Source: Hydrurus foetidus (Eukaryota). Taken from it: a DNA stretch of 64,000 bases. The DNA lies in NCBI GenBank assembly GCA_900617105.1, contig UYFQ01000032.1:124001-188000 (forward strand). The letters are read 5' to 3'. Position 1 is the first letter of the stretch. Each line of letters opens with the position of its first letter. Under the pieces are notes generated by a model. It did no database searches. It was not told where the DNA came from and saw nothing but the letters and a program-made list of their open reading frames with translations. Positions 52,688 to 63,239 of this stretch are shown piece after piece. The translations under genes and the position numbers were made by a program.

Positions 52688-53730
52688 GCTTGCGCGTCGC
52701 AGATCTGTTTGCAGGGGGAGGTGGCTTGTCCTTGGGCTTTACACAGGCGGGTTTTGAAGTGGTGGCTGCGGTGGAAAACTGGGCACCTGCACTGGACATT
52801 TACCGTGCCAATTTCACTGACCATCCCGCCATTGAGCTGGACTTGAGCGATGTGGCTGCCGCCACCCGCACTCTGCGTACCTACAAGCCCGATGTCATCA
52901 TTGGCGGCCCCCCTTGCCAAGATTTCTCCAGCGCAGGGAACCGCGACGAAGCAGGTGGTCGCGCAAGCCTGACGGTGAATTTTGCTGAAATCATTGCACG
53001 GTGTGAGCCTTCTTATTTTTTGATGGAAAACGTCTCGCGTGCCGGCAAATCTGAGGCTTTTAAAACGGCTTTGGCTATTTTCAAAGCAGCGGGTTATGGC
53101 GTGACAGTGTGCGTGCTGGATGCCGCTTACTGTGGCGCACCACAGCTGCGAAAGCGCTTGATCGTGATTGGGTCTCGCACCGATCACGATGGTTTTTTGG
53201 AAGAGGCACTGACTGAGAATCAAAGCCCCCAAGCCATGACACTGCGCCAGTATTTTGGCAAGCAATTGGCGTTTGAGCACTATTACCGCCACCCCCGTTC
53301 TTATGCACGGCGTGGCATTTTCAGCATTGATGAACCCAGTCCCACCATACGCGGCGTTAACCGCCCTGTGCCCAAAGGTTATCCAGGCCACGAAGGTGAC
53401 ACCCGCACCAAAGATGATGCCACCCTGCGGTGTTTGACCACCGCCGAACGGGCGCTGATTCAAACCTTCCCCAGCACCTTCCAACTGCCCGGCACCAAAA
53501 CCAATGTGGAGCAAGTCATTGGTAACGCCGTGCCTGTGAAGCTGGCTGAATACGTTGCCCACCACCTCAAAAACCACATTGAAACCAGCCGTACCCATGC
53601 TCCGGCACACCAGCAACTGTTTGAAGCGCTGCCCAAAGCCTTGGTGCCCAAACCCAAGGCGAACCGACTGCGGCCTGCTGCATCTACGCCTTTATCTCTT
53701 GCGCCAGCAACCAGCCCCGCAAACTGTTGA
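52684..53730 (+). CDS. DNA (cytosine-5) methyltransferase
   Basis: DLFAGGGG, GGPPCQDFS, MENV, PQLRKR, IGNAVP. Confidence 0.95.
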   Translation: MSLRVADLFAGGGGLSLGFTQAGFEVVAAVENWAPALDIYRANFTDHPAIELDLSDVAAATRTLRTYKPDVIIGGPPCQDFSSAGNRDEAGGRASLTVNFAEIIARCEPSYFLMENVSRAGKSEAFKTALAIFKAAGYGVTVCVLDAAYCGAPQLRKRLIVIGSRTDHDGFLEEALTENQSPQAMTLRQYFGKQLAFEHYYRHPRSYARRGIFSIDEPSPTIRGVNRPVPKGYPGHEGDTRTKDDATLRCLTTAERALIQTFPSTFQLPGTKTNVEQVIGNAVPVKLAEYVAHHLKNHIETSRTHAPAHQQLFEALPKALVPKPKANRLRPAASTPLSLAPATSPANC

Positions 53731-55537
53731 AGAACACCACCTGTTCAGCGCGCTGCACATCAGCCCAGGTCAGCACAGCCTCGGTCAGCTCGCCCTTGGC
53801 GAGCAAATGCGCCCGGTAGGTGCCGGGCAGCAGACCACAGGCGAGAGCAGGTGTCAGCCACTGGTCGTTCAGGCGCAGGGCCAGATTGCCCCTTGTGAAC
53901 TCGGTCACTTCACCGCGCTCGTTGCACAGAAGGGTGTCAAATACACCAGGGGCGGGCAGCAAACGGGTGTCGTAATGGTCACGCCGCGTGGTTTTATGCA
54001 CTACAAACTCGTGGTCACGGCCTTGCGTGGTTAGAGGGATGGGGCTGAGGTTGAAGCGCACAGGCTGGGCGGTGGGTGGCAGATCAAACGCTTCGACGCT
54101 CAAATCACCTTGTGGCGAACAGGTCAGCCGCACCCGGTAGGTGCCCACCTCGCGCCCACGCACCACCGCGTCCAGACAAGCGCGTACCGCGTCAGGCTGC
54201 CACACACAGCCAAAGTACGCCGCACTGGCGGCCATACGCGACAGGTGCTCAGACAGCAGCCAGTACTGGCCGTCTTCAAGGCGCAAGGTTTCCAAGAGCG
54301 AAAAATCCGCACGGGCACGCTCCAGGTAGCGGGTTTTGGCGGCTAACTCCCGCCATTCGCTGGGCGCATCGGCATACACGGTGATGGCACTGCCGACACC
54401 TGCGCTAACTTGCCACGCTTCACGGCCATCACCTTCGGGATGGCGAGCCAGTGTCACCGTGCGGATGGGCACATTGAACGTGGCCACACCGCCGGGGCGC
54501 ACCAAGCCTACCGCGCCGCAGTACAGGCCGCGTGCAGCCGACTCCAATTGCGCAATCCAGTGCATGGCACGGGCCTTGGGCGCACCTGTCACCGAGCCGC
54601 AGGGGAACAGCGCCGCAAACAGCTCAGACAAACCTACCTCGGGCAGGGTGGTTGCGGTGATGGTAGAGGTCATTTGCCACACGGTGGGCAGCGCCTGCAC
54701 CTCGAACAGTTTGCGCACGCGCACCGTGCCCGGCTGGGCGATACGGCCCATGTCGTTGCGCAGCAAATCCACAATCATCACGTTTTCAGCACGCTCTTTG
54801 GGGCTGTCGATCAGCTGCTGGCGGGCTTGGCTGTCGGTTTTCGGGTCAGCATGGCGCGGGGCGGTGCCCTTCATAGGCTGGCATGTCAATTGACCGCTTG
54901 GCCCTTTAGCGAGGGGTTTCCAGTCAAAAAACAGCTCGGGGGAGAGGCTCAGCACCTGCTGATCGCCCCAGTCCAGCCACGCCTGGTAGCCATCGGGTTG
55001 GGCACGGCGCAAACGGGCGAACCACGCTGCAATCTCGGCGGTGTCCATCGCAACACTGTGCGATTGCAGCATTTCGGTAAGGTTAATTTGATAGCACTCA
55101 CCGCACGTCATTGCTGCGATAGTCTGGTTTACACGCTCTGCGTAATCAAGGTAAGTTCGGTTAAGTTGCCCGTCCCACGCCGGCGCTGCATGGGAGGACG
55201 TTTGAGTTGCTGTTTGCTTTAGCGCTGAGGTTGCCTCAGGCCAGGGCTGCACTCGGTCGTACACCGCAAACCGCGCCAGCGGCCAATCGGGGGATGCGGG
55301 ATGCGTCACCAGCGCAGCATCAAAAGCCCCTGCGGCTTCGTAGGCCAGCCCACCCACACACCAGTGCCCCGCCGCGCTGAAAGCCTGTACCTGCTGCAAC
55401 ACACCGGCCACCTCGTGCAACTGCCAGGCCGTCAGCACCGCTACCGGGTGGCTGAAGAAGCCCTGCCAGCGCCCGTCAACGACCAGCGGGTCTGCGGTGG
55501 TGGCATCGTCGTTGGGGAAATCTATGAAAGCCTGCAT
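53684..55537 (-). CDS. pabB: Fused aminodeoxychorismate synthase component I / ADC lyase (PabB-PabC)
   Basis: YQINLT, SPELF, PMKGT, KERAENVMIVDL, FPCGSVTGAPK, then LLETL, HKTT, GLLPGT (class IV aminotransferase). Confidence 0.9.
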   Translation of the reverse strand: MQAFIDFPNDDATTADPLVVDGRWQGFFSHPVAVLTAWQLHEVAGVLQQVQAFSAAGHWCVGGLAYEAAGAFDAALVTHPASPDWPLARFAVYDRVQPWPEATSALKQTATQTSSHAAPAWDGQLNRTYLDYAERVNQTIAAMTCGECYQINLTEMLQSHSVAMDTAEIAAWFARLRRAQPDGYQAWLDWGDQQVLSLSPELFFDWKPLAKGPSGQLTCQPMKGTAPRHADPKTDSQARQQLIDSPKERAENVMIVDLLRNDMGRIAQPGTVRVRKLFEVQALPTVWQMTSTITATTLPEVGLSELFAALFPCGSVTGAPKARAMHWIAQLESAARGLYCGAVGLVRPGGVATFNVPIRTVTLARHPEGDGREAWQVSAGVGSAITVYADAPSEWRELAAKTRYLERARADFSLLETLRLEDGQYWLLSEHLSRMAASAAYFGCVWQPDAVRACLDAVVRGREVGTYRVRLTCSPQGDLSVEAFDLPPTAQPVRFNLSPIPLTTQGRDHEFVVHKTTRRDHYDTRLLPAPGVFDTLLCNERGEVTEFTRGNLALRLNDQWLTPALACGLLPGTYRAHLLAKGELTEAVLTWADVQRAEQVVFFNSLRGWLLAQEIKA

Positions 55538-55770
55538 ACCACCACACCCTGTCGGAAGAAAAAGAGCCGGGATGATAGCTTTCTACAGGTCAAGACCGTC
55601 CCATCCCCTTGGTCAGCAGTACATACGCTCAACCAGCGAGGGTTACCGATTGTTAACCTGAAATGACTGAACAACGCCCCAGTTGGTCGTCTTGTACTTC
55701 GCTTTCTTTGGCTTTTCGGTCATCGCCCGAGCTTAGCTTGCTCAGAGGATGCCTTTGTGCAAAAAGCCTC

Positions 55771-56682
55771 CTACATACGCAACTGTGCCCGAAAGAACGC
55801 AACCGTCGCAGCCCGCGCTCTATCCGCCGCTGCGAGGTTGGGTGCCATCAACACATCACCCCCTTTACCCAGATGGGAGAACGGGTCGGTGATGGTAACG
55901 GCAGCCTCAGTGCGGTCAAAGCCATGGGTGGCATCGGCGTACATGGTGACGCTCAGCAGATTGGGGCTAAGCGTCGCGAAGGACTGCGTCAAGTCCGGGC
56001 AGGTAGTCGGCAAATCGTAGCTATCGAGGTCTCCACCTTGTATGAAAATTTTGGCACCCGTGAACGAGTTGAACGCATAACCCGGCACGCGGTTGTAAAC
56101 CCAGCACACGGGGTAATTGGGTGCATGAGCGGCAAACGACAGACTGGTGCCGGCCATGTACTGCTGGGTGTACGGTGCCGTCGCTGTGAGCATCGACACC
56201 ACACCACCCCACGAAAAGCCCATGATCCCAATACGTTTGACGTCGATATTGGGCAGGCTTGCCAGGTACTTCAAAGCACCGTAGGCATCGGGCAACGTTT
56301 CGGGGACCGATTTGGGCCGCCCGGCAGCGCCATTGGTAATGCCACGCGCAGCCCACAAATCGATTTCAAGCGTCGCGATGCCCACTTTGTTGAGCTCTTT
56401 TGCATACGAAATGCCGCGGCTGTCAATACCGCCGGAACCGTGCACGATAACGACGGCTGGCACTTTTTCACCGCTCGGCATGCGAAGCTCGGCTGGCACC
56501 GTCAGTGGCTTGATCGGGTCAAGTGAGGCGTAGCTTACTTTGCTGACCGTCGGCTCGGCCATACTGCCCCCACCGCCCCCGCACCCAACCAGTGCAAGTG
56601 CAAGTGCCAAGATAAAAAAAGAGCCCACAATCCTAGCGGCGTTACGCTGGGTGAATTTGATGGTTTGTGCTTGGTAATTCAT
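55771..56682 (-). CDS. Alpha/beta hydrolase (dienelactone hydrolase-like) lipoprotein
   Basis: Lipobox LVGC-GGGGG, HGSGG, GFSWG nucleophile elbow, ATHGFD. Confidence 0.8.
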   Translation of the reverse strand: MNYQAQTIKFTQRNAARIVGSFFILALALALVGCGGGGGSMAEPTVSKVSYASLDPIKPLTVPAELRMPSGEKVPAVVIVHGSGGIDSRGISYAKELNKVGIATLEIDLWAARGITNGAAGRPKSVPETLPDAYGALKYLASLPNIDVKRIGIMGFSWGGVVSMLTATAPYTQQYMAGTSLSFAAHAPNYPVCWVYNRVPGYAFNSFTGAKIFIQGGDLDSYDLPTTCPDLTQSFATLSPNLLSVTMYADATHGFDRTEAAVTITDPFSHLGKGGDVLMAPNLAAADRARAATVAFFRAQLRM

Positions 56683-57155
56683 AAAATGTCCCCTGTTGGG
56701 TTATGGTTGGAAATTGGAATGGTTTTGTGATCGGCGTAGGCAATAACGTCGAGTTCAAGACGTCCACCCAATGCAAGCCCGCGGGCACCAAAGGCACTTC
56801 GGGCCGGATAGGGAGGCTCAAAAAAGGAGGAATAAATCAGGTTGAAGACAGGCCAGTCGCCCATGTCCGCCAGCATCACCGTGCATTTGACGATGTGCGC
56901 CATCGAGTAACCATGCGCTTCCAGCGAAGTCTTGATGTTTTGCAGCGTCTGCTGCGCCTCCGCTTCGATGCCACCAGAAGCCAGCATGAGAGTACCCGGC
57001 AGGTTGCCCATCTGACCCGATAGATAAAGCATGTCACCGACACGCACGATTTCGGAAAACGGCAACCCCAGGGTCGCAAATGCGGGTGAATTCAAAAACA
57101 CCACGGGATGGGTTGCAGCCAAGCAATCGGATTTGAGCGTGGCAGAAAATGGCAT
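56679..57155 (-). CDS. RidA/YjgF family protein
   Basis: LPFS..VRVGDMLYLSGQ, KCTVML, FN..Y, PARS. Confidence 0.9.
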   Translation of the reverse strand: MPFSATLKSDCLAATHPVVFLNSPAFATLGLPFSEIVRVGDMLYLSGQMGNLPGTLMLASGGIEAEAQQTLQNIKTSLEAHGYSMAHIVKCTVMLADMGDWPVFNLIYSSFFEPPYPARSAFGARGLALGGRLELDVIAYADHKTIPISNHNPTGDIL

Positions 57156-57227
57156 AGGCGCTCAATGTAGCGAGATCGACTGATTCGAACAAATACAATA
57201 TTCAGCCCTGAGTCATACAATTTTGTT

Positions 57228-58142
57228 ATGTACATTGACGGTCGTCGCTTGCATTACTTCGTCACCATTGCCGATCTGGGCAGCTTGGGACGCGCAGCGC
57301 AGGTGTTGCACATTGCACAGCCCGCCCTGTCGCGCCAGTTGCGTTTGCTCGAGGATGAAGTGGGCACACCGTTAATGGCACGCGCTGCGCGTGGCATGAC
57401 GCTCACAGCCGCAGGGCAGTCCTACTATCAGAGCGCCCGCACGCTGATCAATGACGGGCTGGCTGCTTCGGCCCGGGCCGTGCGCGCAGCACAGGGCGAT
57501 GTTGGCCACCTGAATCTGGGATTTTCGGAAATCTATGCCTGGCACGCTGATGTGCTGCGTGCACTGCAAACCTATCGCCGCGACAGCCCGGGCGTGACCT
57601 TCACCATCGAGGCCCTGTTGTCTGGTGCCGTGACTCAGCGCGTACTCGACGGCAAGCTAGACATGGCCCTTGCCTACACAGGCCTGTTGCCCAAAGACAG
57701 CCCACTGGTGGCCGCGCACTGGATGGAGGACCACTACCTGCTGGCGGTGCATGAGGACTCTGCGCTGGCGCACCGACCGCCCCGCCAATTAGCTGATTTG
57801 AACGCAGAGGATTTCATCCTGTTCCGACGGGATCAATCGCCTCGGCTGCACGACCTGATGATCCACCACTTTTACCAGCACGGGTTTTCACCGCGCATCG
57901 TGCAGGAAGGCACGACGCATTTCACCGTGCTAGGTCTGGTAGCTGCGGGCTTGGGCTGCACCGTGATGCCAGCCAGTGCCGGGAGTCGGCTGCCACCCGG
58001 TGTCAAGCTGATGCCAGTGCCTGATCTGGACATCCGTATGCCGATCAACTTGGTTTGGCGCAGAGACAATCCTTCGCCCATGATCCAGCGCTTTGTCGAG
58101 TTACTGTGCGTAAAGAGCAGTGATACGGATATGTCACGTTAA
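57228..58142 (+). CDS. LysR-family regulator
   Basis: SLGRAAQVLHIAQPALSRQ..LE, LGLVAAGLG; divergent from the RidA gene; dyad CATACAATTTTGTTATG overlaps its start. Confidence 0.93.
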   Translation: MYIDGRRLHYFVTIADLGSLGRAAQVLHIAQPALSRQLRLLEDEVGTPLMARAARGMTLTAAGQSYYQSARTLINDGLAASARAVRAAQGDVGHLNLGFSEIYAWHADVLRALQTYRRDSPGVTFTIEALLSGAVTQRVLDGKLDMALAYTGLLPKDSPLVAAHWMEDHYLLAVHEDSALAHRPPRQLADLNAEDFILFRRDQSPRLHDLMIHHFYQHGFSPRIVQEGTTHFTVLGLVAAGLGCTVMPASAGSRLPPGVKLMPVPDLDIRMPINLVWRRDNPSPMIQRFVELLCVKSSDTDMSR

Positions 58143-58680
58143 CGGTCAACAGGTGGCCGGCTACTGCATTAATGTCCTGCGCCGCCATCGGTTGCGCGCC
58201 CTGCTGCATCTGTATACCAAGGGCCAAGGAGAGGCCTGGAAACGGCCTTATCACGCTGGCGCTCCAAACACAGTGTTGTGTGCTGCTGCGTCTCCAGGTC
58301 GGGGTGAGCTGGCAGGTGGCGGGCGCAATTGCTCTTAACTGAATAGGCCACCAGACCTTTTTCAATATGCGTAAGAAGCTATGAATATAGTAGCATTTCA
58401 GCCGCCATCCATAACGCACAATGCTGTCCTGAAGGCAAGAGGATCGCTCCTAGAGTGATTCGACAAGGACATGGATTGATTGAGAAAACCAAGCGGGCGG
58501 CGTGGGCACATCTGGGCATTGATGCCAAGACGCTGAAAAAACGAGCGATAGAAACAACACACTCCCGCGTAAACCTGCTTGGAATTTTGTCTAGTAAACG
58601 GGATCCACTTTTAAAACTCACCGCAAATCGGCATCTATTCCATCATTCAAGGACGCTATCAAGCACATTGAACTTATTGG

Positions 58681-58707
58681 TTAGCACTCTCTCCAACAGA
58701 GTGCTAA
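58681..58707. promoter_or_regulatory. CIRCE element (HrcA operator)
   Basis: TTAGCACTC-TCTCCAACA-GAGTGCTAA, perfect consensus with N9 spacer. Confidence 0.93.
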
Positions 58708-58735
58708 TATTTAGTTCTATGACTGGAGTTCTGGC

Positions 58736-59686
58736 ATGAGTAGTTTTTCTGGTGTTCTTTCCACCCCCTCTACCGCAATGGCGGTTGCCAATCCTTGGAG
58801 CGTGATTCCTGCGCTTGGGAATTTGGATGCGTACATTTCGGCGGTCAACCGCCTGCCTTTGCTGACTTTGGAGCAAGAGCAAGAGTTTTCACGCAAATTC
58901 CGCGCTGAAGACAATCTGGAAGCGGCTGGTAAGTTGGTGCTTTCGCACCTGCGGCTGGTGGTGTCGGTGTCGCGCCAGTACCTCGGCTACGGCTTGCCCC
59001 ACGGCGATTTGATTCAAGAAGGCAATGTGGGTCTGATGAAGGCCGTTAAGCGCTTTGACCCTGACCAGGGTGTGCGCTTGGTGAGCTACGCACTGCACTG
59101 GATCAAGGCTGAAATTCACGAATATGTGCTGAAAAACTGGCGCATGGTGAAGGTGGCGACCACCAAATCCCAGCGCAAACTGTTTTTCAACCTGCGTTCG
59201 ATGAAGCAGGGCTTCAAGGCGGACGCGGGGTCTACCGATGCAGCAACGCACCGGAGCACGCTCAGCGAGCTTGAGATCGACCTGATGGCGAGCAAGCTGA
59301 ATGTAGACCGCTCGGACGTGATCGAGATGGAAACTCGCCTCTCAGGTGGCGATGTGATGCTCGACCCTGGCCCGAGTGACGACGGTGAAGAAAGCTTTGG
59401 CCCCATCACCTACCTGACCGACGCGAGCCAGGAACCCACAGCGTTGATGGAATCGCACCAGCGCGACGTGCTGGCCAGCGATGGCATTGCTACGGCGCTG
59501 GAAGCGCTGGACGCTCGCAGTCGCCGTATCGTGGAAGAGCGCTGGCTGAAGGTTAACGATGACGGCTCTGGCGGCATGACGCTGCATGAACTGGCGGCGG
59601 TCTACGGTGTCAGCGCTGAGCGTATTCGCCAGATTGAAGTGGCGGCGATGAAGAAGATGAAGACGACGCTGGCGGCTTACGCCTGA
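58736..59686 (+). CDS. rpoH: RNA polymerase sigma factor RpoH
   Basis: DLIQEGNVGLMKAV, RpoH box QRKLFFNLR, GVSAERIRQIE. Confidence 0.97.
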   Translation: MSSFSGVLSTPSTAMAVANPWSVIPALGNLDAYISAVNRLPLLTLEQEQEFSRKFRAEDNLEAAGKLVLSHLRLVVSVSRQYLGYGLPHGDLIQEGNVGLMKAVKRFDPDQGVRLVSYALHWIKAEIHEYVLKNWRMVKVATTKSQRKLFFNLRSMKQGFKADAGSTDAATHRSTLSELEIDLMASKLNVDRSDVIEMETRLSGGDVMLDPGPSDDGEESFGPITYLTDASQEPTALMESHQRDVLASDGIATALEALDARSRRIVEERWLKVNDDGSGGMTLHELAAVYGVSAERIRQIEVAAMKKMKTTLAAYA

Positions 59687-59703
59687 GCGACTTGGTTTCA
59701 GTC

Positions 59704-59739
59704 AAGCGGAACGCGGCTATCGCCCCGTTCCGCTTTTTT
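59704..59739 (+). terminator. Rho-independent terminator after rpoH
   Basis: AAGCGGAACG..CGTTCCGCTT stem followed by a T-run. Confidence 0.8.
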
Positions 59740-60380
59740 CATTTCAGCAGCTGCTGCAGATCAGACACCAGCCCTGACGCTCCACTGCCATTACCATAGC
59801 GGGTGAACAAGCGCACGCGGCCTTGGGGGTCGTACACATAACTGCCAGCGGAATGGTCCATCGTGTAGCTGGTGGGGGTTTTGCCGTCCACTTTTTTGTA
59901 GTACATCTTGAAACTCTTCGCCAACGCAGGCAGTTGCTCTGGCGTGGGACGCAGGGCGATAAAGCTGGGGTCAAAGTTGGTCATGTAGGCTTTGAGCATC
60001 GTAGGGGTGTCGCGCTCAGGGTCTACCGAGACGAACAGGGCTTGCAGCTTGTCGCCGTCTTTGCCCAGTTGCTTCTTGACCTCGGCCAGTTCGGCCATCG
60101 TGGTGGGGCAAACATCGGGGCACTGGGTGTAGCCGAAAAACAGCACGACCACTTTGCCTTTGAAATCAGCAAGCATGCGGGCTTGGCCGTTGTGGTCGGT
60201 CAGGGCGAAGTCTTTGGCATATTCAGCGCCGGTAATGTCCACAGCCTTGAACTCGGGTTTTTTGTCGGAGCAGGCTGCTATCAGGCCTAAAGTGCCCATA
60301 CTGCCTACCAACAGGGCACCTTTAGCTACAGATTGAATAGCAAATCGACGTGATGATGGATAAGTCATAGAGCAGCTCAA
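59739..60380 (-). CDS. SCO1/SenC copper chaperone
   Basis: [23 protein letters not shown]; start uncertain. Confidence 0.93.
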   Translation of the reverse strand: MSCSMTYPSSRRFAIQSVAKGALLVGSMGTLGLIAACSDKKPEFKAVDITGAEYAKDFALTDHNGQARMLADFKGKVVVLFFGYTQCPDVCPTTMAELAEVKKQLGKDGDKLQALFVSVDPERDTPTMLKAYMTNFDPSFIALRPTPEQLPALAKSFKMYYKKVDGKTPTSYTMDHSAGSYVYDPQGRVRLFTRYGNGSGASGLVSDLQQLLK

Positions 60381-61282
60381 AGGACGTAATGATCGACCAG
60401 CAGCGCTGCAAACAGCACGCTGAGGTGAATCAAAGAAAAGCGGAAGGTTTGGCGGGCCAGCTCATCCGAGTAGTTGCGCCACAGGCGAAAACCGTAGCTG
60501 CAAAAACCCAGGCTCAAGATGACGGCGGCGGTCAGGTAAATCCATGAGCTCATGCCGTACACAAAGGGCATCAAGCAAGCGGCAAACAGCACAAAGGTGT
60601 AGAGCAGCACTTGCAGGCGTGTGAATTCATTTCCGTGGGTGACGGGAAGCATGGGCAGGCCGGATTTGCGGTAATCCTCAACCCGGTAAAGCGCCAGCGC
60701 CCAAAAGTGAGGTGGTGTCCACAGGAAAATGATGAGGAAGAGAATCAAAGCTTCGGGGCCAACATCGCCCGTCAAGGCAGCCCATCCCAGCACGGGGGGC
60801 ATGGCACCGGAAGCGCCACCAATGACGATGTTTTGCGGTGTCAGTGGCTTCAAAATCACGGTGTAGATGACGGCGTAGCCCACAAAGGTAGCGAACGTCA
60901 ACCACATGGTGAGCGGGTTCACCCACAGGTACAGCACGCTGGAGCCAACAATGCACAGGGTGGCAGAGAACAACAAGGTATGCCAGTCGCTGAGCTGGCC
61001 TTTAGCTGTGGCACGCCATGCCGTGCGCTTCATTTTGGCGTCGATGCCTTTTTCAACAATGCAGTTGAAAGCGGCAGCGGCACCCGCCACCAGCCAAATA
61101 CCAGCGCAGGCAATGGCGATGGTTTTCCATTCCGACACAGTAGGTGCACCAGGAATGGCCAGCACCATGCCGATCAAGGCGCAAAACACAATCAGCTGCA
61201 CCACGCGGGGCTTGGTGAGGTGGTAGAACTGCTTAAACACCGAGTGTTGCAGCATGGCAGGGGTAGCGGTGGAGGGGTTCAT
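60377..61282 (-). CDS. cyoE: Protoheme IX farnesyltransferase (heme O synthase)
   Basis: [34 protein letters not shown]. Confidence 0.95.
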   Translation of the reverse strand: MNPSTATPAMLQHSVFKQFYHLTKPRVVQLIVFCALIGMVLAIPGAPTVSEWKTIAIACAGIWLVAGAAAAFNCIVEKGIDAKMKRTAWRATAKGQLSDWHTLLFSATLCIVGSSVLYLWVNPLTMWLTFATFVGYAVIYTVILKPLTPQNIVIGGASGAMPPVLGWAALTGDVGPEALILFLIIFLWTPPHFWALALYRVEDYRKSGLPMLPVTHGNEFTRLQVLLYTFVLFAACLMPFVYGMSSWIYLTAAVILSLGFCSYGFRLWRNYSDELARQTFRFSLIHLSVLFAALLVDHYVL

Positions 61283-62502
61283 GAGGTCAGACCTTGGGCA
61301 GCGGGGTGCCGGGCAGGCGATGCCTTTGGCGAAGAGTGGCAGGCAGAGGAGGCGGTGGCATGGGCAGTCGCGGCCCAGACCAGCGCCATCACCATCGCAG
61401 CAGCACCGCCGGTATGGGCCAGTGCGGCGACCAGTGGCCAGCCGAGTACGACGTTGCTAAGGCCTGTAAGCAGTTGAAAAGCAGCCAAAAGGGCCAGCGT
61501 GCGCGCGGGGCGTTGCAAACCAGGCACCCGGTACAAGCGCCAAGCCAGGGCCACCATCGCAGTCAACACGAGGTAAGCCATCAAACGGTGGGCGTAGTGG
61601 ATGGCCGTCAGAGCGGTGAAATTGATGGGCTTGCCTTCAGCCGTCAAACCCAATTCACGCCAGACAGTGAACCCTTGCTGAAAGTCCATGGCAGGCCACC
61701 AACTGCCTTGGCAGACGGGGAAATCTTGGCACGCCAGCACGGCGTAATTCGTGCTGACCCATCCGCCCAGGGTGATTTGCAAGGTGAGCAGCAGTCCGAC
61801 GAGCACAATCGCCGCATACAAGCTGCGGCTAAGGCGAGTTTTCACTGGGGTTAGTTGTCTTTCAGGCAACGCTTGTATACCCTGGTCGTAGCGGCTAGCC
61901 TGAGCGGCCAAAACTGCCAACAGCAGCAAGGCGCCCAACAAGTGCAGGGTGACGATGGCAGGAAACAGTTTCATGGTGACAGTCAACGCACCAAAAGCAC
62001 CTTGCAAACACACCAGCAACAGCGTCAAAGCGGGCCACCACAGGCTGGGGAGGTTGTGCGGTATGGCATTTTTCAATGCCAGACTGCGCCGCCCTTCCCA
62101 CCAACGGGCGGCCAGCAGGGTCACAATCAGCACGCCTACGCCGGTCGCCATGTAGCGGTGCAACATCTCGATCCAGGCTTTGCCGTGGGTAACGGGGCCG
62201 GTGGGCATGGCTTCTTGGGCCAGTGTGATGGCCGTTTGCGCGCCCATCACACTGGCATGACCGTAGCAGCCGGGCCAGTCAGGGCACCCCAGACCGGAGT
62301 CGGTCAAACGGGTAAAGGCACCGAACAACACCAAATCAAACGTCACAAACAAGGTCAACAAAGTCAGCGCTCGCAAACGCTGTGCAGACGACATGGTGCG
62401 GCTGCGCAGCCACAGCAAAAACAAGGGGCCGAGCGCTACAGCCAAGCCCATCAGCATGATGTGGAGCAGCGGTGAAAAGTCAAACCCTGAAGCGGATGAC
62501 AT
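61279..62502 (-). CDS. ctaA: Heme A synthase COX15/CtaA
   Basis: [35 protein letters not shown]. Confidence 0.9.
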   Translation of the reverse strand: MSSASGFDFSPLLHIMLMGLAVALGPLFLLWLRSRTMSSAQRLRALTLLTLFVTFDLVLFGAFTRLTDSGLGCPDWPGCYGHASVMGAQTAITLAQEAMPTGPVTHGKAWIEMLHRYMATGVGVLIVTLLAARWWEGRRSLALKNAIPHNLPSLWWPALTLLLVCLQGAFGALTVTMKLFPAIVTLHLLGALLLLAVLAAQASRYDQGIQALPERQLTPVKTRLSRSLYAAIVLVGLLLTLQITLGGWVSTNYAVLACQDFPVCQGSWWPAMDFQQGFTVWRELGLTAEGKPINFTALTAIHYAHRLMAYLVLTAMVALAWRLYRVPGLQRPARTLALLAAFQLLTGLSNVVLGWPLVAALAHTGGAAAMVMALVWAATAHATASSACHSSPKASPARHPAAQGLTS

Positions 62503-63239
62503 CACTTCTCCCCTCGTCCAGCCTGATCCCACGCCGCAGAAGCGCGGAGCAGACGCTCTAAATCACGTTTGGCTTTGGTGGCCCCTTCGGCATCGAGCTT
62601 GGCGGGGAAGCGCATCATCCAGTTGCCCATAGGATCAACCACGTACAGGTGATCGGGCAGCAGGTGGTCTTTGGCAGGCGCTAACCAATTGGCGGCTTGT
62701 CCGGGTTTGAGGCGGAATACCACGGCATCTTTCAAAGCGGGTAACAGGGCCGTGCGTACAGGCTGATCGTCCGTGACCAGCCACACCCAGTCAAAACGGT
62801 CGCGCTCTTTGCCCAAGCTGGTCAGCACTTGGCGTTGCAGATACAGGTGCTTTTCGCACTGATCGTCACAAGCACCCGATGCCACGCTGACCAAAAGCCA
62901 TTGGCCTTTGAGTTCGGTCAAGCTGTGGGGCGCACCATCCAAGCTGATGACGGGTAGATCCGGCAAGGGGCGTTGGGGGTCAATCAGCTCACCAAAGTTG
63001 CGCCGCCCCTCGGGTCGCAGCACGTAGTAGGTGAAGTACGACGCGACGACGGGTGCCGCACAGACCAACAGCACGAGCAGCATTTTGAGCCGACCACCTG
63101 AGCGCATACCACTGACGGCAGCCTCAGTAGCGCCGGGGCTGGGCAAGGAATGCACGGTCAAACCCAAAGGTTCGGCAGCTGTATCGGAACCGTTAGACGG
63201 GTTGTTTGCGGAATCGGGGGACAAGTTGGAACCAGACAT
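62502..63239 (-). CDS. Conserved membrane-anchored thioredoxin-like protein of the cytochrome oxidase cluster
   Basis: CAAPVVASY, NFGELI, CDDQC, VDPMGNWMMRF; position between SURF1 and ctaA. Confidence 0.72.
   Translation of the reverse strand: MSGSNLSPDSANNPSNGSDTAAEPLGLTVHSLPSPGATEAAVSGMRSGGRLKMLLVLLVCAAPVVASYFTYYVLRPEGRRNFGELIDPQRPLPDLPVISLDGAPHSLTELKGQWLLVSVASGACDDQCEKHLYLQRQVLTSLGKERDRFDWVWLVTDDQPVRTALLPALKDAVVFRLKPGQAANWLAPAKDHLLPDHLYVVDPMGNWMMRFPAKLDAEGATKAKRDLERLLRASAAWDQAGRGEK

Noticed and set aside
53684..55537. PabB-PabC fusion as a novelty
   Set aside because: This fusion is common in Proteobacteria.
58143..58680. Short ORFs between the LysR gene and rpoH
   Set aside because: No recognisable motifs or RBS; possibly a gene remnant plus promoter DNA, but not supportable from the sequence.
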